This document shows, in pieces, positions 27,070 through 37,170 of a stretch of 64,000 nt of DNA. The DNA is taken from IMG/VR virus record IMGVR_UViG_3300017987_000085, positions 3,937-67,936 of that record; one strand, given 5' to 3'. The notes under the pieces are model-generated. The model worked only from the letters and a program-made list of their open reading frames with translations. It ran no database searches and had not been told where the DNA came from. The position numbers and the translations under genes are program-made. Position 1 is the stretch's first letter. The number at the start of each line of letters is the position of its first letter. This DNA is from a virus.

Positions 27070-28172
27070 GCTTCGAACGCATTCATGTCTCTGTTGTCGA
27101 TCGAACCCGGCCGCTTGCGGAGACGCCGTTCAACATTCCGTTGATCCTCGGTACTTCCACTGACGAGGAAGCGGTCAAAGATACGCTGAAGGCCTACAGC
27201 TCAGACGATCTGACGGCGATTGCAGCGCACTTCCCGACAACCACGCCAGAGTACAAGTCGGCGGTTACGTTGCTGGCGCAGGATCCGCATCCGGAGACGT
27301 TCTACATCTACTCCAAGACGCGATCTGCGACGCCATTGGTGACAGATCTCTCTGACGCGCTGACCGAGGTCGTTGCTGCGTGTGAAGCCGGCGGGTACTC
27401 CTTGCCCTATTTCGTTGGACTGACAGAACACGAAGAAGTCGAAGGAGACCAAGCCGAGCTCGCAGATTCGGTATCAGCACGGATGATGTACCTGTTGCTC
27501 GCCAACCAAAGCGGGTTGACGTCTGCGGAATGCGTAGCCCAGTCACTCGCGATCAATTCCGATCGCGTGTTGCTCGTGGCGCACGATGATCCCGATAACG
27601 AACTGCCAGACGCGGGCCTGATGGGCCTGTGGGCCGGGAGTGAAGTCGGCAGCCTAACGCTGACCCACAAGCCGCTCAACTCTGTTGCTACGGCATATTG
27701 GAGCTCCGGAGATATGGTGACGTTCACTGCCAAGATGCACGCCGCCGGCGCGTGTATCCCGTACATCACCCAAGCCGGCGTGCCAATGACCATCGGTTCA
27801 GAAGGCACGAACGGAACCTTTGCCGATCTTCGTCGCTGCAAGGATTGGCTGAAGGTTCGGATGGAAGAGTCGATCCTCGGTCTACTTGTTCGCAATGCCA
27901 AGATCCCGCAGACCACCCATGGCCTGAACATGGTCCAAGGAGCGCTTGAGGGGGTCCTGAACCGCGCGCTTGAGAAGCAAATTGTGCAGCCGCGTGGTGG
28001 CTCCGGCGGACGCTGGGAGATCAGCATTCCAACGATGGAATGGCTCGCGGCGAACGATCCCAACGCTCTGGCCAACCGACACCTGAGAACGATTCGCGTG
28101 CGGGTGTGGCCGGTCGGTGCGTGGGAAGAGTTCACGGTCATCGTCTATCTGAGCTGGGAGCTCGCGAGCTAG
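27066..28172 (+). CDS. Tail sheath protein (DUF3383-like)
   Basis: FNIPLILG, FPTTTPEYKSA..LLAQDPHP, GSLTLTHK.L, DWLK.RM...KIPQT..G. Confidence 0.85.
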   Translation: MSFERIHVSVVDRTRPLAETPFNIPLILGTSTDEEAVKDTLKAYSSDDLTAIAAHFPTTTPEYKSAVTLLAQDPHPETFYIYSKTRSATPLVTDLSDALTEVVAACEAGGYSLPYFVGLTEHEEVEGDQAELADSVSARMMYLLLANQSGLTSAECVAQSLAINSDRVLLVAHDDPDNELPDAGLMGLWAGSEVGSLTLTHKPLNSVATAYWSSGDMVTFTAKMHAAGACIPYITQAGVPMTIGSEGTNGTFADLRRCKDWLKVRMEESILGLLVRNAKIPQTTHGLNMVQGALEGVLNRALEKQIVQPRGGSGGRWEISIPTMEWLAANDPNALANRHLRTIRVRVWPVGAWEEFTVIVYLSWELAS

Positions 28173-28183
28173 GAGGCTGAGCC

Positions 28184-28630
28184 ATGAGTGACATCTATGA
28201 TCCGCAGAAATTCACCTTCGTTGTCAACGGCCGGCACATCACGAAGTGGAAGAAGCTCCGTGGCGGCCGATCGCAGGATCGCGTCCATGGCTTTTCTACG
28301 GCCGATGGTCAATCCTATGCTGGTATTGACAGTTCGCAACTTGGATTCTTCGAATTGACGCTGCCGCATGTCAATCCTCACGCGGCATTCTTGACGAACC
28401 TCGAAGCGATGAAGGATCCGTTCCCGGTAGCGGCGATTGACAAGTCGCCCGGATCACCCAGAGGTGCACGAGGATCGCAATGCTTGGTGCGCAAGCTTGC
28501 CGACATGGAGCGCGGCAAGGCCGAGGAAGACACCGACGAGTCGTGGGAATTCTTGGTGCTTGACTTCACGTCTGGCTACCACGGAGACCCGACCGATGAT
28601 GAGACACCGCTGCCAACCACTGAAGGCTAG
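28184..28630 (+). CDS. Tail tube protein (DUF3277-like)
   Basis: YDPQKFTFVVNGRHIT, ADG, FELTL, ESWEF; follows sheath. Confidence 0.8.
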   Translation: MSDIYDPQKFTFVVNGRHITKWKKLRGGRSQDRVHGFSTADGQSYAGIDSSQLGFFELTLPHVNPHAAFLTNLEAMKDPFPVAAIDKSPGSPRGARGSQCLVRKLADMERGKAEEDTDESWEFLVLDFTSGYHGDPTDDETPLPTTEG

Positions 28631-28706
28631 GTAGCACAACGTAAGTGATTGATGCAGCCCGTCTCCACGGTGAGGGAGGCGGGTTGCTTCTCAATAGGAG
28701 GGGACC

Positions 28707-29096
28707 ATGACCGAGAACGAGAAGGCGCCAGTCACGCAGCCCGCAGTACAACCGAAACCCCCAGCACCCGCGCCTGACAACGACGTGTGGTACACCGATC
28801 TTGGAATGACGGCTGTCAAAGTCGGACCGAAGCACTGGGCGTTTCAGCAGGTGAATGGCGATTACCTGAAGACGGCACAGCACAAAGCTCGCAACCCGCG
28901 GACCGGCCAGACCGATGATCGACGGCTGTTCCGCGTGTGGTACGACGACGTTGTGCTTGGCGAGGCTGTGCTCGACGGCAAAGAGAACTGCACTGGCGTG
29001 AAGCCAGGAACAAGGATCCCGATCGAGCAACTCAATGCACCAGCATACAACGCCTTCGAGGCGGCCTTGACGTCGTTTCTGGGCTACCTCGACTGA
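28707..29096 (+). CDS. Tail assembly chaperone (G)
   Basis: Between tube and tape measure; RBS GGAGGG. Confidence 0.7.
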   Translation: MTENEKAPVTQPAVQPKPPAPAPDNDVWYTDLGMTAVKVGPKHWAFQQVNGDYLKTAQHKARNPRTGQTDDRRLFRVWYDDVVLGEAVLDGKENCTGVKPGTRIPIEQLNAPAYNAFEAALTSFLGYLD

Positions 29097-29361
29097 GCGG
29101 CTTCTCCGGGTTGGCATCATTGAATGCCTTGAACGGTGGGCACTCCTCTTCTCCGGTTATCTGACCTACGAATCACTGTGGGGGGCGCCGGAGGGGGGCA
29201 TGGTGCCGCTCGAGGCCGATGAGGTGCATCTCGCCTACGACGAGTGGGAGAGATTCCGCAATGCGGAGAAGGCGTGGAAGGAAAACGACGACAACGCAGG
29301 CATCACGTTTGATCCGGCACTCTACCGGATGCAGCGGTTAGAGGAGCTGGATGACGCATAG
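29077..29361 (+). CDS. Tail assembly chaperone frameshift extension (T part, +1 frame)
   Basis: 94-codon open frame with no start near its 5' end, entered at TTT-C 29076-29079; ends just before the TMP RBS. Confidence 0.6.
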   Translation, partial: FWATSTERLLRVGIIECLERWALLFSGYLTYESLWGAPEGGMVPLEADEVHLAYDEWERFRNAEKAWKENDDNAGITFDPALYRMQRLEELDDA

Positions 29362-29389
29362 GCCGTAGCTGGCCAGGGGAGAGGAACAC

Positions 29390-31681
29390 ATGAGCCGCCG
29401 CATCTCTGTCATCGTCGATGAACGCGGTGTCAACAAAGTCGCCAATTCCCTCAATCGCCTGAACACTATTGGCAACAAGACGGTCGGTGTTCTGCATCGG
29501 GTGATGTCCGGAGTGAAGAGCGTCGGCCAGTGGATCTATCGGTATCGCTATCGGATCACCGCGGCGTTCTCCGCTGCGATGTACGCCATTGGCCGGACGT
29601 ACATGTCCTTTGAGGACACGATGGTCCGAACCAAGGTGGCACTGCGTACCACCGACGCGGACCTCAAGTTGCTCGAAGAGACTGCTCTCAACATCGGCAA
29701 GACGACATCCTATTCAGCAGGGGAAGCCGCCGAGGGAATGAAGATCCTCGGCCGTGCTGGCATGGCCACGAAGGACATCATTGCGTCCATCGCGCCGGTA
29801 CTCGATCTCTCCTACGTCGCAGAGATTGATCTCGGTGAAGCAGCTGAGAAGACGGCCCACATCCTCCAGATGTGGAACATGGAGGCCTCTGAAGCGACAC
29901 GCATTGCTGATGTGCTTGCAATGTCGGAGCAGGTTGCCACCGGTTCGATTCTCGAAACGGCAGACGCTCTCAAGTTTGCAGGTATCGGTGCTGCCAAAGC
30001 GGGCATTTCCTTCGAAGAGACCACGGGAATGATTCTCGAGCTTGCCAAGGGCGGAATCCTCGGTTCAATGGCCGGCCGATCGTTGCGAATGAGCTTCATC
30101 CGGTTCGAGCGGATCAAGACTGGCCAGACCGCGAAGTTGATGACCCAGACATTTGAGCGCCTTGGTCCGGCAGTCAATCAGGCTGTGCGGGCTGTTCAGA
30201 AGGGGCAGATGGGTTTCGTCGAGTTCGTTGGTGTACTGACTAGGGCTGGTGCCACGCTCGGCGATATGGCGAACATCTTCGAGGCGCAGGCAGCCCCGGC
30301 GATGCTGCAGCTCGGCCAAGCCACTGGAGAGAGCTACCAGAAAGTCGTCAACGTACTTGTCGAATCCGGCGGCTACGCGAAGGATGCTGCAGCTGAGATC
30401 GCCGGCACGTTGACGGCAACGGTCAAGAAAATCAAGGCTTCGCTTGGTGTGATAGCAATCGAGCTCGGTTCGACCGTTGCGCCGGATCTTAAGGATTGGC
30501 TGAACAACACACTGCACCCGTGGATCAATGATGTGACCGAAGCCTGGAACACCGGTGGCGACACGTGGCAGGAGAAGCTACGTAGTGTCTGGGATGGCAA
30601 ACTGAAGCCGGAGTTTGAGCGCGGGCTCGCATCGCTTGGCGACTTGATCGCAAAATGGACACCGAAGCTTGCTGAGGGTATCGGTAATCTAGCTGCAGAT
30701 CTTGTTCCTTCATTGGTTAAGGGAACGGCTGCGGGTATTGGGAAACTGACTGCGCAATCATGGTCTGGCTGGAGCGCACTCGGTGATTGGATGATGGCGC
30801 ACACGACCGGCTTCTTCGCCACGACGATTCCGAACGCGGCCAAGGGGGCTGCACGTGCTGTAGCCAACGGAGTGATCGGTGACTTAAATGCCTTGCCTGG
30901 CGTGAATATTCCCTCTTTGGGCAAAGACCCCAAGGCGGGTCATGCAGGTCAGGGCACTGCAGGGACGCTCGCCGGTATGGGCATTCTCCCGCCGGGCTGG
31001 ACGCCGACACTAACCTCTCAACCTAGGGAAAGTGTTACCGAACACGCGCGTGGCCAAATGGAGTTCTTCAACGTCTCCGAGATGGTCAGCATGTTTTCTC
31101 AAGAATTCGGACCGAGTGAGCAACTCGATGCGCTTCTCAAAATTGCTGACAATACAGAGGGGGATGCGGCCTCTGGAGGGTCTTCCCCAGCTTGGTTAAG
31201 TAGTTTGGTGGACAAGATGGGGCTTTCAGATCCACTAGGAAGCGTCCTTGGCCCAATTGGTGACACGCTCCTGTCATATGTAACGGATCCCATTGTCAGC
31301 GCGCTTGACAAGCATCTGGGTCCTACTACAACACGACTGCAGAAGCTTGCCGATCGAGCGCTCCGCGTGTTGGATGTGCCGCTAGGGGCGCTGAACATGG
31401 CGTTGGATGGGATCCTAATGTTACTCGGTCAGGACTACACCTCCGGCCGTCTGACGAACGAAGGTGCCTACCAGTACGCCTACGCGCCAGCCGGTGGTGG
31501 AAGTCTCTCTGCAAGCAGTGCGCTGCAGGTTGGCAGCATGCATTTCCACGGTGTGTCTGGTGGAGAGGATGCTGGACATCAAGCTGTTCATGAGATTGCC
31601 CAGTACGAAGGCCTCGCCTCGCGCCAACAGGCTCGCAGCCTTCGGCGAGGCATGGTGAAGAGCGAAGCCCAGGAGCGCTGA
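29390..31681 (+). CDS. Tail tape measure protein (TP901 family)
   Basis: FEDTMVR, IGKTTSYSAGEAAEGMKILGRAG, GILGSMAGRSLR. Confidence 0.93.
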   Translation: MSRRISVIVDERGVNKVANSLNRLNTIGNKTVGVLHRVMSGVKSVGQWIYRYRYRITAAFSAAMYAIGRTYMSFEDTMVRTKVALRTTDADLKLLEETALNIGKTTSYSAGEAAEGMKILGRAGMATKDIIASIAPVLDLSYVAEIDLGEAAEKTAHILQMWNMEASEATRIADVLAMSEQVATGSILETADALKFAGIGAAKAGISFEETTGMILELAKGGILGSMAGRSLRMSFIRFERIKTGQTAKLMTQTFERLGPAVNQAVRAVQKGQMGFVEFVGVLTRAGATLGDMANIFEAQAAPAMLQLGQATGESYQKVVNVLVESGGYAKDAAAEIAGTLTATVKKIKASLGVIAIELGSTVAPDLKDWLNNTLHPWINDVTEAWNTGGDTWQEKLRSVWDGKLKPEFERGLASLGDLIAKWTPKLAEGIGNLAADLVPSLVKGTAAGIGKLTAQSWSGWSALGDWMMAHTTGFFATTIPNAAKGAARAVANGVIGDLNALPGVNIPSLGKDPKAGHAGQGTAGTLAGMGILPPGWTPTLTSQPRESVTEHARGQMEFFNVSEMVSMFSQEFGPSEQLDALLKIADNTEGDAASGGSSPAWLSSLVDKMGLSDPLGSVLGPIGDTLLSYVTDPIVSALDKHLGPTTTRLQKLADRALRVLDVPLGALNMALDGILMLLGQDYTSGRLTNEGAYQYAYAPAGGGSLSASSALQVGSMHFHGVSGGEDAGHQAVHEIAQYEGLASRQQARSLRRGMVKSEAQER

Positions 31682-32667
31682 TGCCACACAACGCAATGAT
31701 TCGAGATGAACAAAGCGGTGAAACGTTGCTTCTGTGGGCGGTGACGTCGGAATCGCCTCGGTTCACTAACCAGATTACCGGTGAGCCGATCGACACGAAG
31801 AAGACGGGAGGTCACCTCAATGCTCGCGTACTTGCCGATCACATTCACCACGAACCACTTGAATTCACAGCCATTGTCGATCTTACTGGCGGGCCGGGCG
31901 GTGTAGAAGGTGCCGTCGGTGGCCCCGGCTACGACGTGGAGCAGCTTAACAAACTGACAGACTTCTCCAACCGGCATACGACCTTTTCCTATACTTCCTA
32001 CACTCTAATTGGCGACTCCCCACGAGGGGAGAATGTGCGGCCGGGACTGACGTACCCGTTTCTTGGATTGGCCGAATTTCGTGCAATCAAAGCAGCTGGC
32101 GGCAAAGGCGAAAACATCATCGGGGCAACGGTCAAGTTCCAGTCGGTGGTTATCACCTATGGCGGCCAAGCAATCACGGATCCAGACGTCGCATACGGCA
32201 ACACCGATGAAAGAGACCTCTCAATAGAGTTTGGACTAGAGCGTGGGTACGGTCGTCTTGGTGCTCTGCTGGGAGCGTTTGTCGGGTCCTCGATTGGCGG
32301 TCCAATCGGCACATTGATTGGTGCCGCAATTGGCACAGCGGTAGGCACTGTTGTAGGGGCGTTGGTTGTTCAAACCGGTTCTGTTCCCCGACAGCTGTTC
32401 ACTACAGAGATCGATGGGATCCCGTTCGATTTCGAACTCCGTTCGAACCCGGATCACGGCATCGTGACGTTCTCAATGAGCTACGAAGGCACGGACTTGG
32501 TCCGTGAGCAGCGCGTGATGTACGGGATGAACCTGCTTTCTGGTGTGACACATCGCATCGTTCATGGTCTCCATATCGTGCCGCTCGATCCCTCCGGAAG
32601 TACTGACGAAGTGACCTGCGAGAACCTCGGCCGAACTGTACATCTGCTGGTCTTCCAGGAGGACTAG
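31681..32667 (+). CDS. Baseplate Dit-like protein fused via a glycine zipper to a baseplate-plug-like domain
   Basis: ESPRFTNQITGEPID...LADHIHHEP; QLFTTEIDGIPFDFELRSN...VMYGMNLL. Confidence 0.7.
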   Translation: MPHNAMIRDEQSGETLLLWAVTSESPRFTNQITGEPIDTKKTGGHLNARVLADHIHHEPLEFTAIVDLTGGPGGVEGAVGGPGYDVEQLNKLTDFSNRHTTFSYTSYTLIGDSPRGENVRPGLTYPFLGLAEFRAIKAAGGKGENIIGATVKFQSVVITYGGQAITDPDVAYGNTDERDLSIEFGLERGYGRLGALLGAFVGSSIGGPIGTLIGAAIGTAVGTVVGALVVQTGSVPRQLFTTEIDGIPFDFELRSNPDHGIVTFSMSYEGTDLVREQRVMYGMNLLSGVTHRIVHGLHIVPLDPSGSTDEVTCENLGRTVHLLVFQED

Positions 32668-32668
32668 G

Positions 32669-33583
32669 GTGGCCAAGAAAATTGCAGAGTTTCAATCTGA
32701 GGGTGGTGGCTGGCGGATTAAGGTGACAACGGCTGGCGGCACGGAGTTCTATTCTCGCGATGAACGCCAGCCAAACCGTGGCTATGGTACTCCGGAAGGA
32801 CGTTACCTGATTCGATTTCGCATTCCGTTTGACATCTCTCCCGACAACGACCTCGGCGAGATTCGCTTGTACAACTTGGACAAGGCCTCCGTGAAGCAGT
32901 TCAAGCGTGGCGAGCTATTGAAGCTCGAGGCGGGCTATCACCCATTCGAGAAGCACAAAGAGCTCGTGCTCAACGGCACGATCGAGGACCTCGTGGTTGA
33001 GGAGCTTTCGAAGACAACGCGCATGCTGACGGTCTACGTTGGCGACACCACCGACATCTGGCCCGTGGCGACAGCCACGAAGGGCTATGCGCCGGGGATC
33101 AAGCCGAGCGTGATTGCGGCAGACTTGGCGAACACCATCGGTCTCGACATTGGCAAGATCGACCCCAAGGTTGACCCACCGTATGCCAAACGAGGCCTGG
33201 CGTTGGTCGGCGCGACACGCCCGATGTTCGAACTGCTAGCACGAGACATGCAGTCTGTGGTTTACGTGGCCCGCCGGAAGCTCTACGTGTTGCCGCCGGA
33301 TCAGGGCGTGTGCTCTGGCGTGGTGCTCTCCGGAGACAACGGACTTCTCTCCGCCAAACCAGCGATGGAGGTCTCGGCTGATATGCGATACGTCCACTCG
33401 ATCGAGTCGGGCGAGAAGCCACAGGTGCATCAGGTGCAGGCGCTGTTGACTCCGAAGCTATGGTCCAATCGAACCTTCGAAATCGATGCGGATGATCTGC
33501 CCGGGACATGGCGTACGATTGCCGGCGATCACTCAGCCGATGGTCGCTCGTTCTTGACCACGGTCCGGGTGGCAAAGGGATAG
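32669..33583 (+). CDS. Baseplate hub protein
   Basis: IRFRIPF, EIRLYNL, LKLEAGY, NGLLS, LLTPKL. Confidence 0.8.
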   Translation: MAKKIAEFQSEGGGWRIKVTTAGGTEFYSRDERQPNRGYGTPEGRYLIRFRIPFDISPDNDLGEIRLYNLDKASVKQFKRGELLKLEAGYHPFEKHKELVLNGTIEDLVVEELSKTTRMLTVYVGDTTDIWPVATATKGYAPGIKPSVIAADLANTIGLDIGKIDPKVDPPYAKRGLALVGATRPMFELLARDMQSVVYVARRKLYVLPPDQGVCSGVVLSGDNGLLSAKPAMEVSADMRYVHSIESGEKPQVHQVQALLTPKLWSNRTFEIDADDLPGTWRTIAGDHSADGRSFLTTVRVAKG

Positions 33584-33586
33584 ACA

Positions 33587-34306
33587 ATGTCCACACACGA
33601 GGAAAACACTGCAGTCTTGCTTCGCCAGTTGCTGGAGGCCCGTCTTGAGCAGGTTCATACGTGGTTGCCGGCCAAGCTGATTGAGTTCGACCACACGACG
33701 CTTCGCGCGACAGTCCAGGCAACACTACTCAAGGTGATGGGGCCGCCGGAGAATCAGACGAAGCTTGAGTTCCCGACGATCTTCGAAGCCGATGTGCTGA
33801 CAATCAAGACGCACACCTTCGGCATGCGTGCTCCGTATGAGGTAGACGATCCAATCTGTCTTGGCTTCTACGAACGTTCGACCGAGGAGATTCTGACCGA
33901 CATCGAGCAACGTGATCCGAAGTTCTCGCGCAAGCACCATCTCACGGATGCATTGGTCGTACGTGGTCGGATGACAGATGACGAAGGCACAGACCGACCC
34001 TTCCCCGATTGTTGGCTAGACGAGTGGATTTTCTTCCACCGGGACAAGCCGGGAACGTGCATCCGGATGCTGCCGGATGGTGCGGTGGTTGTGCAAGTCG
34101 ACGACTCCGCGAAATGCTACATCGGATCAGGGACGGAGGGTTGTGAGCCCGGCGACGTAGCCGTCGACTACGCGATTCTTGGCACACGCCACCGCGCGTG
34201 GGCTGAGGCTCATGTGCACGGTGATGTAGAGCCTGGCGGTGGTGTGAGTGGACCGCCAACAGTAGCCCCGCCGGCAACAAGCGAGCATGTGCTGATCGGA
34301 GAATAG
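33587..34306 (+). CDS. Baseplate spike (Gp138-like/gpV)
   Basis: VHTWLPAKLIEFD, GFYERS, RKHHLTDALV; C-terminal HVHGDVEPGGGVSGPP metal tip. Confidence 0.85.
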   Translation: MSTHEENTAVLLRQLLEARLEQVHTWLPAKLIEFDHTTLRATVQATLLKVMGPPENQTKLEFPTIFEADVLTIKTHTFGMRAPYEVDDPICLGFYERSTEEILTDIEQRDPKFSRKHHLTDALVVRGRMTDDEGTDRPFPDCWLDEWIFFHRDKPGTCIRMLPDGAVVVQVDDSAKCYIGSGTEGCEPGDVAVDYAILGTRHRAWAEAHVHGDVEPGGGVSGPPTVAPPATSEHVLIGE

Positions 34307-34705
34307 ATGCCGACAACCTATCCAACGACTTCGTTCAAACTGATGACGCTCACGCAGCCCGGCACGTTGGGGCCGGTGTACGACCTGGACCTCGGAGAGG
34401 ACGGCGGCCCTCAGCTGGTGGAGGACTCCCAGGAACTCGCTCAATCGATTGCGCTGCGTCTACGCATGATCCGTGGCGAGGCATGGGAAGAACCGGATTG
34501 CGGTCTACCGTGGTTCGATTTCCTCGGCGCCAAGCCGGGCAACCTCAGCCTCCTTCGGCACGAGATTCTCCTCGAGCTCCGCAAGGATGAGCGCATTGTA
34601 CAGGTTGATTCGCTGATCATTACAGAGGATCCGCAGCAGCGCGCAGTGACCATCAAGGCGGCAGTCCGCGGTGTTGACGGTTCGACGATTCGGGTGGAGG
34701 TATAG
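34307..34705 (+). CDS. Baseplate wedge protein (gp25/W-like)
   Basis: LAQSIALRLRMIRGEAW...GLPWFDFLG. Confidence 0.8.
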   Translation: MPTTYPTTSFKLMTLTQPGTLGPVYDLDLGEDGGPQLVEDSQELAQSIALRLRMIRGEAWEEPDCGLPWFDFLGAKPGNLSLLRHEILLELRKDERIVQVDSLIITEDPQQRAVTIKAAVRGVDGSTIRVEV

Positions 34706-36418
34706 ATGAGCGACCTTACGGCAACAATCAATGATGAGACGTTTGGCATCCTCGAGACAGGCTTCCGCCGACCGAGCGTAGTCGATCTCCTCCAACAGCT
34801 TCGCATTGATGCCGCTGATGAGTCGTTCTCGTTTGGCCCGAATGCTGATCTCCGTGCGCATTCTCCGCTTGGACGATTTCTGGCCGCGATTTCCAAGCAG
34901 GAAGACCGTGATTGGAAACAGCTTGAGGCTTACTACTACGCCGGCTTCATTCCAACGGGGACCGGCGCTTCTTTGTCGAGCAAATGTGCCGAGATGGGTA
35001 TCGCCAAGACCGCAGCCACCAAGGCGTGGACTGTTCTCACCATTCTCGGCAGCGCCGGTACGGTGATTCCGGCGGAGGATCGTTGGCAGGCATCGAGCGG
35101 CGTACTGTTTGAAACGCTGAGCCAGGTCGTGATCGGTGCCCGCGGAATCGCTGATGTGAAGGTCGAAGCAGTCGTTGCCGGCGCCGACGGGAACGTTGCA
35201 GCCGAAACGATTGCCACACAGGTCAATCCAATCTCCGGCGTAACCTCTGGATCGAATACCTACGATCCAGGCACAACACGGATTCTTGGATCGAATGACC
35301 AAGGCCGGATTGCGTTGGCCGCCGATGGTAGCAAGAACGACTACCAGCTCGTGCGGGTGGCGGATATTGCCCATCCGTACTGCTTGGACGATCTGATTGT
35401 GAAGGTGGCCAACGACGCCGAACCGACACCGTTCACTGCGCTGTTCAACTTCCATCTCGAGGTGCTCGATCACGCAACGGGAGAACTGCTGGGTCGGACC
35501 GAGACGCAGACGTTCGAACTTGAGGCTGGCGTATCCCAGACCTGTCAATTCACTAGTGAAGCGATCGACATCTCTGGATGCAGCAGCACCTACATCCGGA
35601 TTGTGTTTGCCAATGAACAGACGAGCGAGGCGATCCTCGGTCTGTCCTACGATGACGCCAACCAGTATCAGTCTGGCGCGCTGTATCTGAACGTAGTCGA
35701 GCAGTCAGGATATGACGTTGTGATGTCGTTGATCTCGCGGCTTCCCGGCGCAGCAACCGGTGGTGATGACGGCGAGACAGACACCGAACTTCGGGTCCGG
35801 TATCTGTTGTCTTCGGCCACGTTTGGTGATGCCACAGCCGAAGCAGTTCGGTCGCAGCTCTACCGGGTGACTGGCGTCAAGGCGGTCACGATCCGGCAAA
35901 ACCGGATGGATTCCGAAGTCGACGGCATGAATCCTCACTCGATCGAAGCGACGGTGTACGGCGGGGATCCAGACGACATTGGTGCAGCGCTCGAAGCCTC
36001 GGTGCCTGTTGGCTGTGAGACGCTTGGGGATTCAGCGGTCACGATCCGCGATACTGTTGGCCAAGCCCACGTATATCGCTACAACAAGACGACGCGGGTG
36101 CCAATCTACGTCGACATCACGCTTACCGTCGATGGTTCATTCTCGCACGCGCTAGGATTGGCCGAGATTCGCGATGCTTTGGCCGGCTACATCGGCGGGG
36201 TGGACTCCGATGGGACGTTCCACATTGGGCTTGTCCCGGCAGATGATGTGATCTATCGACGTGTCATTGCGTTGGTCATGGCCACGGCCGGCGTGGTTGA
36301 CGCTTCGGTGACGATTGACACCGCTGACGATCCGGTTGGCACAGCGAACCTGACGATTGATCCGGGAGAGATTGCTGAGACGAAGCTTGAGTACATTGAC
36401 ATTGAGGTTTCCGCATGA
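34706..36418 (+). CDS. Baseplate J protein with internal insertion domain
   Basis: GILETGFRRP, TGTGASL, GADGNVAA, ATGGDDGETDTELRVR, MNPHSIEATVYGG. Confidence 0.9.
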   Translation: MSDLTATINDETFGILETGFRRPSVVDLLQQLRIDAADESFSFGPNADLRAHSPLGRFLAAISKQEDRDWKQLEAYYYAGFIPTGTGASLSSKCAEMGIAKTAATKAWTVLTILGSAGTVIPAEDRWQASSGVLFETLSQVVIGARGIADVKVEAVVAGADGNVAAETIATQVNPISGVTSGSNTYDPGTTRILGSNDQGRIALAADGSKNDYQLVRVADIAHPYCLDDLIVKVANDAEPTPFTALFNFHLEVLDHATGELLGRTETQTFELEAGVSQTCQFTSEAIDISGCSSTYIRIVFANEQTSEAILGLSYDDANQYQSGALYLNVVEQSGYDVVMSLISRLPGAATGGDDGETDTELRVRYLLSSATFGDATAEAVRSQLYRVTGVKAVTIRQNRMDSEVDGMNPHSIEATVYGGDPDDIGAALEASVPVGCETLGDSAVTIRDTVGQAHVYRYNKTTRVPIYVDITLTVDGSFSHALGLAEIRDALAGYIGGVDSDGTFHIGLVPADDVIYRRVIALVMATAGVVDASVTIDTADDPVGTANLTIDPGEIAETKLEYIDIEVSA

Positions 36419-37140
36419 GCGGGACGCTCGATCGACTGCTGACACAGGATTCGCTCTGTCACTACTACAACACCGAGCGCTCTGGCGGGGTGGCGAAACT
36501 GTTCTATCCCTACGCTCAAGCGGCCGACCGCCGACAATCGATTCTCGAGGCTATTTACGAACAGCACTATCTTGAGACCGCTGTGGGTTATTCGTTGGAT
36601 CTAATCGGGCGAGCCATAGCCCTGGGACGGCTTGAAGACGAGATCGACACCGCCTATCGTCGACGCCTCCGCCTTGAGTACATGATCCTCACAAGCTCGG
36701 GCACGCTGGAGCAGGTCCGGGCGATTCTTGCGGAAGCGCTGGGAATTGAGCCGGGAACGATCCTGATCTACTACAACGAGTCACCATCACAGGTGCTTTC
36801 TGATCTGCCGTATTTCGTCGAGATCTCGATCGTCCATTCCGCTCTGTTGTTGGATGAAGACCGGCCATGGTTCAAGTTCTCCGATGATTCAGAGACGCGC
36901 GCCGAAGCCAGCGAACAAGGATTCAATACGGGCCAATGGCTGGGGCGATCGACCACCAAGGCAGAGTGGCTCGTTGAGCTGAATGCACTACTAGAGCGTA
37001 TTCTCGCAACAGGCGTGCAGTACGTTATCGCCGGCCACGGTGGTTTCCGATTCAGCCTGGAATCCGCCGCACGAACCGATGATTCCGATCGCGGCTTCGA
37101 CCGTGGTTCATGGCGTGGCGTGTTCAAAGACGACGAGTAG
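36415..37140 (+). CDS. Baseplate wedge protein I (DUF2612-like)
   Basis: LETAVGYSLDLIG...DTAYRRRL...SGT. Confidence 0.8.
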   Translation: MSGTLDRLLTQDSLCHYYNTERSGGVAKLFYPYAQAADRRQSILEAIYEQHYLETAVGYSLDLIGRAIALGRLEDEIDTAYRRRLRLEYMILTSSGTLEQVRAILAEALGIEPGTILIYYNESPSQVLSDLPYFVEISIVHSALLLDEDRPWFKFSDDSETRAEASEQGFNTGQWLGRSTTKAEWLVELNALLERILATGVQYVIAGHGGFRFSLESAARTDDSDRGFDRGSWRGVFKDDE

Positions 37141-37170
37141 TAAGGGGACCTCGCAGATGAGGGGGACAAC

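Noticed and set aside
34505-35548. Long minus-strand ORFs (here and at 10331-11284, 40253-41181, 27407-28141)
   Set aside because: Antisense shadows of well-supported plus-strand genes in GC-rich DNA; no RBS or motifs
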